Positions 1 through 8,557 of a stretch of 32,000 nucleotides of DNA are shown here, one piece after another. Made by a program: the position numbers and the translations under genes. The notes beneath the pieces are model-generated. The model saw only the letters and a list, made by a program, of their open reading frames with translations. It was not told the DNA's origin and searched no databases. The stretch is from Gemmata obscuriglobus (lineage in GTDB: Bacteria; Planctomycetota; Planctomycetia; Gemmatales; Gemmataceae), in NCBI RefSeq assembly GCF_008065095.1, contig NZ_CP042911.1:2880001-2912000 (forward strand). Reading direction: 5' to 3'. Every line of letters begins with the position of its first letter. Position 1 is the stretch's first letter.

Positions 1-204
1 GTCGACGGCGACCTGCACCAGTCGCGGAACCGGCTTGGTGCCGAACTGCACGAGGAACTCCGCGGCGGCCTCGTTCAGGAGCGGGTCGCTCACCCGGAGG
101 GCGTGGAACAGGATCTTCAGCAGCAGTTGCGGAGGCGTGCTCGTCGCGGTGCCGGACTCGGCCGGCGCTCCGTCCGGCGGGGCGGCGGTGGGTTGCTCGG
201 TCAC
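1..204 (-). CDS. 5' end of a hypothetical protein gene that runs off the left edge (68 codons visible: VTEQPTAAPPDGAPAES...KILFHALRVSDPLLNEAAAEFLVQFGTKPVPRLVQVAVD)
   Basis: The reverse strand is open in frame from GTG (204-202) to position 1. AGGAG (complement of 211-215) lies 6 nt upstream of the GTG. Third codon positions are strongly G/C. It is absent from the ORF track because it is truncated by the window edge. Confidence 0.45.
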   Translation of the reverse strand, partial: MTEQPTAAPPDGAPAESGTATSTPPQLLLKILFHALRVSDPLLNEAAAEFLVQFGTKPVPRLVQVAVD

Positions 205-358
205 GTCGGACTCCTTTCCGTACGGGTGGTCACGTCCGCACCGTCACCAGACCGGCTGTGGCATCCGCAGCGAGGAACACCGACGCCGTACTGAAGAAGA
301 CGAAGCTGCCGCCGAACTCATCGGCTCTTTGCCCGACACAAGCCGTCGGAAGGAGTCG

Positions 359-835
359 GTGGCGAAGAAAGAGTACCTGAGCCTCCGGATGAAGGCCCGC
401 GAGTTGGGCCTCTGCACGGCCGGAGCAGCCGACGAACTCCGAGAACGACTCGCCGCGCACTACCGCGTTAGACTCATACTGCCGGACCTGCCGGATGAAC
501 CGCACTGCGAGCGCGGGGCCGAACACGAACCCCTCGTTGAGCAGGAGAGAGGGGCTCTACGTTCTTTCGAGGTTCCGGCACGAATCCACCAACGGCTCGC
601 ACCAACGCCACAACCAAAGAGTCTGGCACAACGCGACGCCGAGCGCTTCATCACCATCTGGTACGAGAGCAGCACCGCCGCGGAGGCCGCACGGAAGCTC
701 AACAACCGGTCGGTTCGGTCGATCGCCTCGTTCGCCGAGCACTTGCGGCAACTGGGCGTTCCACTAAAGAAGATGCCCGCGAGGCCAGGGCCACTTGTCC
801 GGGGCGCCCTCGCCCTCACCCCATCGGCGAACTGA
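359..835 (+). CDS. Hypothetical protein with a SAP-like helix pair (LSLRMKARELGLCTAGAADELRERLAAHY) and an HTH-like C-terminus (ESSTAAEAARKLNNRSVRSIASFAEHLRQLG)
   Basis: This is the 3' part of ORF 35..835. GTG at 359 is preceded by GGAAGGAG (349-356), and ATG 389 is an alternative start. The upstream part of the ORF overlaps the divergent gene and promoter region and looks non-coding. Confidence 0.45.
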   Translation: MAKKEYLSLRMKARELGLCTAGAADELRERLAAHYRVRLILPDLPDEPHCERGAEHEPLVEQERGALRSFEVPARIHQRLAPTPQPKSLAQRDAERFITIWYESSTAAEAARKLNNRSVRSIASFAEHLRQLGVPLKKMPARPGPLVRGALALTPSAN

Positions 836-1235
836 GGGTTGAGAATGACGCAGTGACGAACTCCAGTTGCATCTTCTCACGGTCGTACCGGAAGCCCAGG
901 TGCAACGTACCCGAGGCCGTCGATACACGGCCCAAATGAGTCACATTGCCGGACATAAGTTGGTAACCATCTGCGCCGTTTCGGACCGCCTTCACGCGGT
1001 AACCGGTGCCGAGCTCCGCGCTGTGCCGCAGGAGAAAGTCAGCGGCGGCGGCGTGGTTCGTAAGGAGGGGGTCAGATACCAGGGCCTCGCGGTCCTGCCG
1101 TGCTGAGGCCGCCGCAATACGCTCGGTGACCGCCTGCACCTCCTCGTAGCCGGCGGTCCGCCACCGGTAGTAAATGGCCGCAGTCACAACGCCCAGGCAG
1201 ATGAGCGCGAAGGCCCCGATGACGCGAACCCGCAT
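816..1235 (-). CDS. Small membrane-anchored hypothetical protein (N-terminal TM: MRVRVIGAFALICLGVVTAAIYY)
   Basis: Internal ATG (1235) of ORF 816..1325 begins with a basic-then-hydrophobic anchor. Codon third positions are G/C rich. Its 3' end overlaps the 3' end of 359..835 by 20 nt (convergent genes). Confidence 0.5.
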   Translation of the reverse strand: MRVRVIGAFALICLGVVTAAIYYRWRTAGYEEVQAVTERIAAASARQDREALVSDPLLTNHAAAADFLLRHSAELGTGYRVKAVRNGADGYQLMSGNVTHLGRVSTASGTLHLGFRYDREKMQLEFVTASFSTLSSPMG

Positions 1236-1500
1236 GGCACTCGTCCTCGTGACGTTTAGCGCGATTGGGATTGAGACGGAGGGCACCGGGTACACCTCGA
1301 CGATGCTCCCGTAATCACCAAGCACCTTCGACTTCGAGCCGGCTTAGTCCGGCTCATGTTCGTTTCGGACCTTCGCTGGCGCCGCTGGCGAGTCCGTGTA
1401 CGAGTTGCACCTGGAGGAGCGGCTAAGGCAGTAGCGGGAAGTTGATCTACCAGGGTCCTCGGGAACCTGTTACAAGGTATGCCTCGCAACGGAGGCGTCG

Positions 1501-2726
1501 ATGGCGGAACTCACGGACGACTTGCGCCGGACTATCCTGTTGGGCGCAACGCTCCTCACCGGTCATAAGCGGCGCCGGTTCCAAGCCGAGATGGCGAACA
1601 CGTACTGCGGCGGGTCCGCTCGTCGCGCCGAGACCACGTTCGGTTGGGGCCGGGAAGCGGTTCACACCGGGTTGAACGAACTCCGCTCGGGGATCCGGTG
1701 CCTGGAGGCGTTCGAGTCCCGCGGCCGCACGCCCACCGAGGATTTGTACCCCGCGGTGGAGGAGCACATCCGGCGGTTGGTCGATCCACACGCCCAGGCC
1801 GATCCCACGTTCCAGACCCCGTTCGCGTACACGCGGATCACCGCCAAGGCCGTCCGCGAGGCGCTGCTGGCCGTCCCCGAACTGGCCGGCCAGGTGCCGA
1901 CCCGCCAAACGGTCGGTGACATCCTCAACCGCCTCGGCTATAAGCTGCGCCGGGTGCTCAAGGCGCGGCCGCAAAAAAGGTCCCCCAGACCGACGCCATC
2001 TTCGCCCACGTCCAACACGCCCGCGCCGCGTCCGCAACCGCCCCGGACACGCGGAGGGTGTCCCTCGACACCAAGGCGAAGGTGGCGGTGGGCGCGTTCT
2101 CCCGCGGTGGTGCGGCCCGCGGGACGGAACCGGTGAAGGCCCTCGATCACGACATGGCCCCCGAGGCGGTGCTGGTCCCGTTCGGGGTGCTGGAATTGAA
2201 TCGCGGGGCCGAACCGATCCATCAGCCGTGGTTCCTGTTCGGGCACTCGCGGGAGACGAGCGACTTCTGGGCCGACGGGCTGGAACGGTGGTGGGCCGAG
2301 CGGAAGGTCGCGTACCCCGGCGTCACCCACCTGCACCTCGAGTTGGATAACGGCCCCGAAGTCAACAGCTCACGAACCCAATTCCTCAAGCGCCTGGTCG
2401 CGTTCGCGGACCGTCACCGGGTGACGGTGCAGTTGGTGTACCTACCCCCGTATCACAGCAAGTACAACCCGATCGAGCGCTGTTGGGGCATCTTGGAGCG
2501 GCACTGGAACGGGACCGTGTTCGCGTCCGTGGCGGATGTACTTCGGTGGGCCGCAACGATGACGTGGCGCGGGCTCCATCCGATCGTTCGGGAAACCACG
2601 ACGGCTTACGAGAAGGGCGTGCGGGTGGCTCGAGCCGCGTTCCGTACCGTCGCCGCACGGCTGATACGCTCAGCTACCCTGCCCAAGTGGAGCCTCACGA
2701 TCCAACCCCAAGAGCCGGGAGATTAA
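1501..2726 (+). CDS. ISAzo13-family DDE transposase (Rhodopirellula-type, PF07592-like). It is split into two frames and needs a -1 shift at 1973-1979 to give about 408 aa.
   Basis: ORFs 1501..2136 and 2058..2726. The second carries family hallmarks by eye: VSLDTKAKVAVGAF, LELDNGPEVNS, YLPPYHSKYNPIERCW and LPKWSLTIQP. Reading -1 at CAA AAA AGG gives PQKKVPQTDAIFAHV, the conserved linker of this family. Confidence 0.85.
1973..1979 (+). other. A6G tract at the exact junction of the two transposase frames. It is either a -1 recoding or transcriptional slippage site, or a 1-nt homopolymer loss.
   Basis: Zero frame is CAA AAA AGG. Lys-tRNA slipping from AAA(1975-1977) to AAA(1974-1976) puts AAG GTC CCC in frame. 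An A7 tract would give an uninterrupted gene. Confidence 0.4.
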
Positions 2727-3010
2727 ATTCCCGCCCTTGCCTAACTCCCCCAGGTGCTTGACCATCCCCTGATGAGCAGGAGAGAGTCATGGCCCATACT
2801 AACCCAGCTTTGGCCGGTGTCCATAGGCCAAGCGTGCCCACACGCAGGCCGGGTGGGCGTCACAGAAGTTGGTGGCATTTTTGTCGGTTTAATGGGATAA
2901 TGAGTGTGAGTCAGAAATCCCTGCCACCTCCGCGCCTTGTTCCGCAGTGAGAAAACCCAGTGGAACGACTACTGGGCCTCACTCGCTGCCTGATATCTAC
3001 CAACACTAAT

Positions 3011-3978
3011 AGACTCGTTGCGCAATAGGCGTGAGTTGAGGCGGCCCCCGTGCTCACCATTATGTGTGTGCATTAGCCGTACATGCGGTTGTGGAGCTCG
3101 GCCACATTCTTCATCATGACCGTGTGCCGGCGCGGCGGGTTGCGGTACCGGTCCGCCGCGATCCGCCAGATCTTCATCTTCCCGATCCCGTGCTCGGCCA
3201 CGATCCGCTCCCGTGCCAAGCGCCGATTGGATCGCTTCTCCTCGTCGCTCAGCGCACCGTTCCTCGGCTTCTTCCTGGGCACCCGCAGGTTGCTCCCCTG
3301 GTACCCGCTGTCACCCGACTTCGGTACTTCGGGGGCGATTCGCAGCCGCGACTGGTCGTACATCTTCTTGTCGTGAACGCGACCCTTGGCCGCCTTCGAC
3401 ACCGCCTTGATCCGCACCTTCTGCTTGTCCCCCGGCTCCTTTCGCTTGCGCGTCACCACCACCTGGTGCGTCACCGTGTGACGCTTCTTCTTCCCCGAGT
3501 AGCTGCGCCGCTGCCTCCGACTCGGGCGGTTGACCGGTTGCTCGGTCGCGTCCACGAACACCGCGACCAGATCGTCCGGATCGATCCGCACCTGGCGCTC
3601 GGGGATGCGGAACACCCCGGCCATGCACAGTCCCAGTTCCTGAACGCCACGAGAGACGGTTCCCTTATCGACCCCGAACAAGAACCCGACGAACTCCTGC
3701 GGGACGTACACCCGATAGTACAGCAACACCATCAGCAGCCGTTCGGTGAACAGCAGCTTCACCGGGCGCCCGGCCCCGGGCTTGCGTTGGCGCGGGCGGC
3801 CCGCGGCTCGTTCGGCCTTGCGGGCGAGCCACACGGGTTCGAGATCTGCCACCAACTGGTCGAACTCGGCGGCCGACAACCCCGTGAACATCCGGAACAA
3901 CAACGGCTTACGACACAACTTCTCGTAATTCGTCATGCCCTATGAATAGCCCACCGACCGCTATTGCGCAACGAGTCT
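3011..3978 (-). mobile_element. IS5/Harbinger-superfamily insertion sequence (968 bp)
   Basis: Perfect 18-bp terminal inverted repeats: AGACTCGTTGCGCAATAG at 3011-3028 and its reverse complement at 3961-3978. Flanking 3-bp direct repeat AAT (3008-3010 and 3979-3981). Single DDE transposase inside. Confidence 0.8.
3073..3936 (-). CDS. DDE transposase, HTH_Tnp_4 + DDE_Tnp_4 type (IS5/Harbinger-like), 287 aa
   Basis: ORF 3073..3936 (-). Candidate D-D-E residues in VFVDATEQP, SGDSGYQG and RIVAEHGIGKMK. N-terminal HTH (FTGLSAAEFDQLV...FGVDKGTVSR). It sits between the 18-bp IRs. Confidence 0.85.
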   Translation of the reverse strand: MTNYEKLCRKPLLFRMFTGLSAAEFDQLVADLEPVWLARKAERAAGRPRQRKPGAGRPVKLLFTERLLMVLLYYRVYVPQEFVGFLFGVDKGTVSRGVQELGLCMAGVFRIPERQVRIDPDDLVAVFVDATEQPVNRPSRRQRRSYSGKKKRHTVTHQVVVTRKRKEPGDKQKVRIKAVSKAAKGRVHDKKMYDQSRLRIAPEVPKSGDSGYQGSNLRVPRKKPRNGALSDEEKRSNRRLARERIVAEHGIGKMKIWRIAADRYRNPPRRHTVMMKNVAELHNRMYG

Positions 3979-5120
3979 AATGACGCTCACCCACGCAGGC
4001 CGCTTCGGTTTTTCGCGTCCGGGAACGCTAAACTGGCCCCGGGCATATGGACGTTCAGCCTTCCCGCGGGGCATAGTTGCCCCTTCGCTCGGCAATGCCA
4101 GAGCCGCGCCGACCGCCAGAGCGGGCGGATTAAGGACGGCCGGCACACTACCTTTCGCTGCTACGCCGCGATGGGCGAGGCCCGGCACTCTTCAGTGCGC
4201 CGGTCACGCTGGCACAACCTGGAGCAGCTGCGGGCGTGCCACTCCTCAGCCGAGATGACGCGGCTCATCCTCGACAGCTTGAGCGTATTCTGCACCGTGC
4301 TCCGCGTTCACGACTCCGGGGACTTCTTCTCGTTGGCCTACATGTCGGCGTGGGTCGCCGCCGCCCGCTCGCGGGCGAACACGACCTTCTACTTCTACAC
4401 GAAGTCGTTGCGTTACTGGCTCGCCCATCGCGATGACATCGGCGACGGGTACCCGAAGGTGTCGCTCCCGTTGACCTGCATCGCGGACCGCGAGTTCTTC
4501 TTCACGGTCTGCGCCCAAGGGCGGGTCCACACCAACCTCACGAACCTGAGTCGCGAGCTGCGGCCGTTCGTCCGGCACGCCGGCCGGCCGCTCTGGGCCG
4601 CGGACGTGGCAAACAGTCAGCCGTTGCTGATGGCACTGACCCTTCGGGCCGATGCAGCTATAGACCCTGGGCTAGCAGCCTACACCCAATGGCTAGCTGC
4701 CCCACACACACCACCACCAAACCCATCCCAAAGCCCTCTCCCTTATGTGGGAACCTATTCAGGTGGTAGTCAGAGTGACCTGGACCGGTTTCTGGAGGTG
4801 TGCGTCGAGGGTCAGCTGTACGAGCGGCTCATGGACCGGACCGGGTACGACCGGGCGACGGTCAAAGAGAAGTTCTTCGCGGTCGCGTACGGGAAGCCAG
4901 AGCAAGCGGCGACGACCCGGGTTGGTCAGGCGTTCGCGGCCGAGTTCCCGGCCGCTTGGGCGGCGGTCCGCGAGGTGAACGGGCGCGACAACGCAGCGGT
5001 CGCCCGCCGGATGCAGGCGGTGGAGAGCTACATCTGCGTGTTGCGGACGTGTGCGCGGCTGATGGCTGAGTTCCCGGACGCCCCAATGTACACGCTGCAC
5101 GACGGGTTGCCCTCGCAATG
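3979..5120 (+). pseudogene. IS-disrupted chimeric ORF: a Cys-rich Gp88-like (PF17338-like) N-module joined in frame to a family-A DNA polymerase palm/fingers remnant (motifs A, B, C)
   Basis: Part of ORF 3964..5421. Gp88-like signature: SGNAKLAPGIWTFSLPAGHSCPFARQC...FRCYAAMGE...VLRVHDSGDFFS...FYFYTKS. Pol A-like signatures: RVHTNL, AADVANSQPLLMAL (motif A, about 4600), RATVKEKFFAVAYG (motif B, 4852-4893) and MYTLHDGL (motif C, about 5098). Its 5' end is separated from upstream codons (GTG 2960) by the IS at 3011-3978. After about 5110 the composition changes and the similarity ends. Confidence 0.5.
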
Positions 5121-5216
5121 TTTGGGCTTCTTGTTTTCAGTAGTTGGTGGACCTTTGTCGGTCGAAGAGCACGTACTATCACAAAGAATTATACAGTTGA
5201 GCGATAGCGCGCGCAG

Positions 5217-5561
5217 ATGCGTGGGCAACAAACCAAGCTCGTCGAGGAACAGCGCGTTGAAGCCGAACGTCATCGCAAGGAGACGGAGCGGCAGCAAACC
5301 GAACTCGCACGATTGCGGGAGGAGCAGAACCGAACGGAAATCGCCGAGAATCGCAAGGCCGCGGTCCAGACCACTCATGCCGCCCTCGCCGCGATGTGCT
5401 CGAAACTCGCCGCAGCGGTAAAGTTTGATAAGGAACTGCGAACTGGCATTATTAAATACGACCAAGAGGTGATGATTGTATTCGCCGACAAAGACGTGAA
5501 TCCAGATGATGCGACCCAACCGGGTGTTAAGGAGTTCTACGAGAATCGTAAGCGATTACTG
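5217..5561 (+). pseudogene. Small coiled-coil protein gene interrupted by the IS66-family element
   Basis: ORF 5217..5579 (KLVEEQRVEAERHRKETERQQTELARLREEQNR...). The last 6 codons and the stop come from the IS end. After removing the IS and one TSD copy, the frame continues into 7146 onward (…ENRKRLL|DKASSQLGKMVDEQ…). Confidence 0.35.
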
Positions 5562-7137
5562 GTAAGCGTTCACGGGTGATGCGGCAGTGTATCAACAGTT
5601 GGCGAGTAGCGGATTCACAACGTTCTGTTGTTGAGCTTCAGCTGGAACGAGCGTCGGTGCCTTCGCGCCGGTCCGGTGTGCGGTGACGGCGTCGATGAGG
5701 AACGCCAAGACGTTGCGCTTCTGGCGGCGGCACGAGGCGATCACCGTGAGGATTCGTTCCACGAACCGGCTCCCGCGTTCGCTGTCGGTCCCGAAGCTGG
5801 TTTTGCGCCAGCACACGGCGTGACGCACCTCACGCTCGGCCGCGTTGTTGGTCGGTTCCACGCCGACGACACGCGCGAACGTCCACAACGACGCCTCGAC
5901 CGACAACAGTTCCGCGCAGGTCGTGGCGGTCTTGGCGCAGCCGCACGCCGCCCCGTTCCGCAGGTGCGTGCCGACCTGACGACGCAACGCGGGGATGTAG
6001 GTCGAGCGACATGTGGACCGCGCGAGGGTTCCGTCCCGGACCCGATACCAGTTCTCGAACAGGGCGTCCGAACACGCCAACAGAGCCGCGCCGATCGCCT
6101 GTCCGGAACCGCCCCGGTCGATCATCGCCTGGAAATCGCGTCGCAGGTGCGCCCAGCAGAGTTGACGCTTGTACTTGTCGAGGTGCGTGTACACCGGATA
6201 CCGGTCCGTCGTATGCACGGCCGTGGACCCGGCACGCAGGTCATCAAAGGCGGCCCGGCCCCGGGTCCGGCGGATCAGGAACGCCACCACGAACGTGGTC
6301 ACGGCGGCCCACAGCCAGGCCCGCTGACGCCCCTGCTTCCAACCGGTCTCGTCCACGTTGGCCGGGTGCCCGCGGGTGTACACCAGGGCCTGTTCGGCCA
6401 CCGGCTTCAGCGCCTCGGCGGTTCGGTGCTGGAGCTTGCACACCATAGCCGGGCTCAGGGGCAGGCCGAACAGATCGTCGAACAGTTGGCTCGTGCCCCG
6501 CTTGCCCAGACGGCACGAGCCGGTGAGAAGCGCGGCCACCGCCTGCGCCCGGGGGCCGTATCCGGTGCGCGCCTCCGACGGCACCGCGGGCACCGTGGTC
6601 GTGCCGCAGTGGGGGCACCGGAGCCGGTGGCACCGATACTCGGTCACGTGGGGTTTGATAACGGGCAACTCGTGGACCTGATGAATGGCCGGAGCCGGAT
6701 CGTCCCCGGCCAGCGACCGCGAGCAGTCCCGGCACACGGACGGCTTGAGGGTCCGGATCTCATCGGGTGGCAGGAGCGTGCGCTCGGCTTTGGGATGCCC
6801 CGGTTGCCCGCCCCGACGCTTCCCCGAAGGGGCCTTGGGCGGGGCCAGTTTCACCTGCGGAGGATCGGACGAGGGCGGCTTCGACGAGTTGGTGGAGCTC
6901 TGGTTGAGTCGGGCCTTGAGTTCGGCGACCTCGGCCACCAGAGCAGTGATCGTGGCCTCCAAGGCGCGAATATACGCCACCACCGCCGGTGGTAAGTTAT
7001 CGGGCAGTTCCGGCGGTTGAGGAACAGGCGTCATGACGTCTGCTCGATTACGGAACATGCCCGCTTGTGGCAACCGCGTATCCAAACGGGCTAAAATGAC
7101 GGGCAAAAGCGGGTGGCGCACCCCCATGAACGCTTAC
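5562..7137 (-). mobile_element. IS66-family insertion sequence, single-ORF type (1576 bp)
   Basis: The termini start with the IS66 hallmark GTAAGCG. GTAAGCGTTCA is identical at 5562-5572 and in the reverse complement of 7127-7137, and similarity continues for about 25 nt. The 8-bp flanks GATTACTG (5554-5561) and GATTACTT (7138-7145) match 7/8, consistent with the 8-bp TSD typical of IS66. Confidence 0.8.
5592..7034 (-). CDS. IS66-family transposase (TnpC-like), 480 aa
   Basis: ORF 5592..7127 (-). The likely start is the internal ATG at 7034 (MTPVPQPPELPDNLPP). N-terminal leucine-zipper-like helix, Cys cluster (CRDC...CPHCG), DDE core (NVDETGW...HTTDRYPVY...CWAHLRRDF). Confidence 0.9.
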   Translation of the reverse strand: MTPVPQPPELPDNLPPAVVAYIRALEATITALVAEVAELKARLNQSSTNSSKPPSSDPPQVKLAPPKAPSGKRRGGQPGHPKAERTLLPPDEIRTLKPSVCRDCSRSLAGDDPAPAIHQVHELPVIKPHVTEYRCHRLRCPHCGTTTVPAVPSEARTGYGPRAQAVAALLTGSCRLGKRGTSQLFDDLFGLPLSPAMVCKLQHRTAEALKPVAEQALVYTRGHPANVDETGWKQGRQRAWLWAAVTTFVVAFLIRRTRGRAAFDDLRAGSTAVHTTDRYPVYTHLDKYKRQLCWAHLRRDFQAMIDRGGSGQAIGAALLACSDALFENWYRVRDGTLARSTCRSTYIPALRRQVGTHLRNGAACGCAKTATTCAELLSVEASLWTFARVVGVEPTNNAAEREVRHAVCWRKTSFGTDSERGSRFVERILTVIASCRRQKRNVLAFLIDAVTAHRTGAKAPTLVPAEAQQQNVVNPLLANC

Positions 7138-7237
7138 GATTACTTGATAAGGCCAGCAGCCAGTTAGGAAAGATGGTCGATGAGCAAGGACCGGGCCGAC
7201 ATCCAGCGGCCGACCCGGACCCAGTTGAGGGACAAGG

Positions 7238-8361
7238 TCAACCGCCTGATGCCGGGGCTGAAGTGCTGATGCCCTCGCCGACCCGGCGTCCCGCATCGGC
7301 GACCGCCGCCAAGTTCGCGTGGATGTACTTGTCGGTGGTCTTGGTGTTGGTGTGCCCACCGAGCCGAGCGAGGTGGGGCGGCGAGATGGTCGGGTCGGCC
7401 CCGGCCGCGGTCATGAACGTGTGGCGGTTGGTATAGAGGACGAACTCCTCTCCCTGCTCATCCGCCTGAACCCCGGCGCGGACCCGGAGCCGCCGCATCC
7501 GCAGCCCGAGTGCGTTCTTCGTCCACGGCTGGCCGTCGGCGTTCAAGAAGACGTGCCCGGTCGTCCCGAACTGCTCCATCCGTCGCCGGAGCACGGTCTC
7601 GACCGCGGTCGGCATCCCGATGACCCGGGGCTCCGGTTTCTTGGCGGTCCGCCGGCCCTTGTGTTTGGTGAGCACCCACATCGGCTGCGCCCCCACACCA
7701 CCATCGCCCAGGTCAGGTTGTAGATGTCCTGGGGCCGCGCCGAGGTGTGCCGCATGGCGACCAGCACGTCCCGGAACGCGTCGTCCGTGCAGTGGTTCAG
7801 CAGGGCCTGGTACTCCTCATCCGTGGCCACCCGCTGCCGGCCCTCGCAGGGGAGCAGTTCAATGTTGGCGAACGGGTTCTTGCCGGCGGGCAGGCGGTCC
7901 GTGTCGATGGCCCAGTTGAAGGCCGCGCGGAGGGTGATGAGGGCGTGGTTAACGGTCTTCGGCTTGTACGGCTCGGGGGGCTTCTTGCCCCGGACGTAGG
8001 TCCTCTTCGTCATGGCCAGCTTGAAGTCGTTGGCGTCGGCTCGGGTCAGCGACCGGGCCGTCTTGCCGCCATACTCTTTGGCGAACTCGGTACACCACCG
8101 CTGGTAGTCGAGGAACGTGGCCTCGGTCTTCGTCGCCAGCACGTCCTCCAAGAACATCACGAACAACTCGGTGACCGTCATCTTGGTCGGGAGGCGTCCG
8201 CTCGACTGCTCGCGCTCGGTTTCCAGTCGTCCGAGTTCCAGCTTGAGCAGACGGCGGGCCTCGGTCATCCCGTCGGCGACCGGGCACAACTTCAGATACT
8301 GCCCGCCGGGCCGGCTGATGTACCAGCCCCGCTCCACGTACGGCTTCGGTTCGCGCGGCAT
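7238..8361 (-). pseudogene. Tyrosine recombinase (phage-type integrase) with one frameshift in a G5/C5 run
   Basis: The N-terminal part is in ORF 7543..8616 from ATG 8361 (MPREPKPYVERGWY...AMRHTSARPQDIYNLTWAMV). The C-terminal part is ORF 7238..7696 (MWVLTKHKGRRTAKKPEPRVI...LYTNRHTFMT...LGGHTNTKTTDKYIH, i.e. the R..H..R..Y boxes). The frames meet at the CCCCC run 7690-7694, and one extra base there restores a single ORF. Confidence 0.85.
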
Positions 8362-8516
8362 CTCGGTCCTCTCGTTTTGAAACCGGGGATAGTAACCCCG
8401 CGAGAGGTGGGTGCGGCAACCGGACGGGAAATTTTGTTTGGTCTGGTTCGGTTTATTGCGGTTCGGATTGCCCGCAGCGAAAGCCCGCAGGGGCAGATTC
8501 AAACCGAACCTGGAGT

Positions 8517-8554
8517 CAGAAAAGACTGCAACCCCTGGTGTTGCCAGGGGTTGC
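8517..8554 (-). terminator. Intrinsic-terminator-like hairpin just downstream of tRNA-Pro
   Basis: On the minus strand: an 11-bp perfect stem GCAACCCCTGG / CCAGGGGTTGC (8528-8554) with a 5-nt loop, followed by AGUCUUUUCUG. Confidence 0.55.
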
Positions 8555-8557
8555 GAG

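Larger units (their letters stand above)
1427..2741 (+). mobile_element. ISAzo13-family insertion sequence (about 1.3 kb)
   Basis: Imperfect terminal inverted repeats: GGCAGTAGCGGGAAGTTGATC (1427-1447) versus the reverse complement of 2721-2741, GGCAAGGGCGGGAATTTAATC (16/21 match). Both ends are flanked by TAA (1424-1426 and 2742-2744), a possible 3-bp target duplication. The element encloses the transposase reading frames. Confidence 0.5.

Noticed and set aside
35-358. N-terminal 108 codons of ORF 35..835
   Set aside because: This part overlaps the better-supported divergent minus-strand gene start (GTG 204 with AGGAG) and its upstream region. Its sequence is Ser/Gly/Arg-rich with no structure. 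The start at GTG 359 has a Shine-Dalgarno sequence.
3064-3945. 293-aa ORF on the plus strand
   Set aside because: It is antisense to the IS5-type transposase, which has clear DDE motifs. Its composition is Leu/Arg/His/Pro-rich low complexity.
5628-6995. 455-aa ORF on the plus strand
   Set aside because: It is entirely antisense to the IS66 transposase. It has an Arg/Gly/Pro/His-rich composition with no recognisable motif, which is typical of a shadow ORF in high-GC DNA.
7113-7436. 107-aa plus-strand ORF
   Set aside because: Its first codons are IS66 terminal sequence. The rest is the displaced 3' part of the ORF split by the IS, and it also runs antisense to the integrase 3' end. It is not an independent gene.
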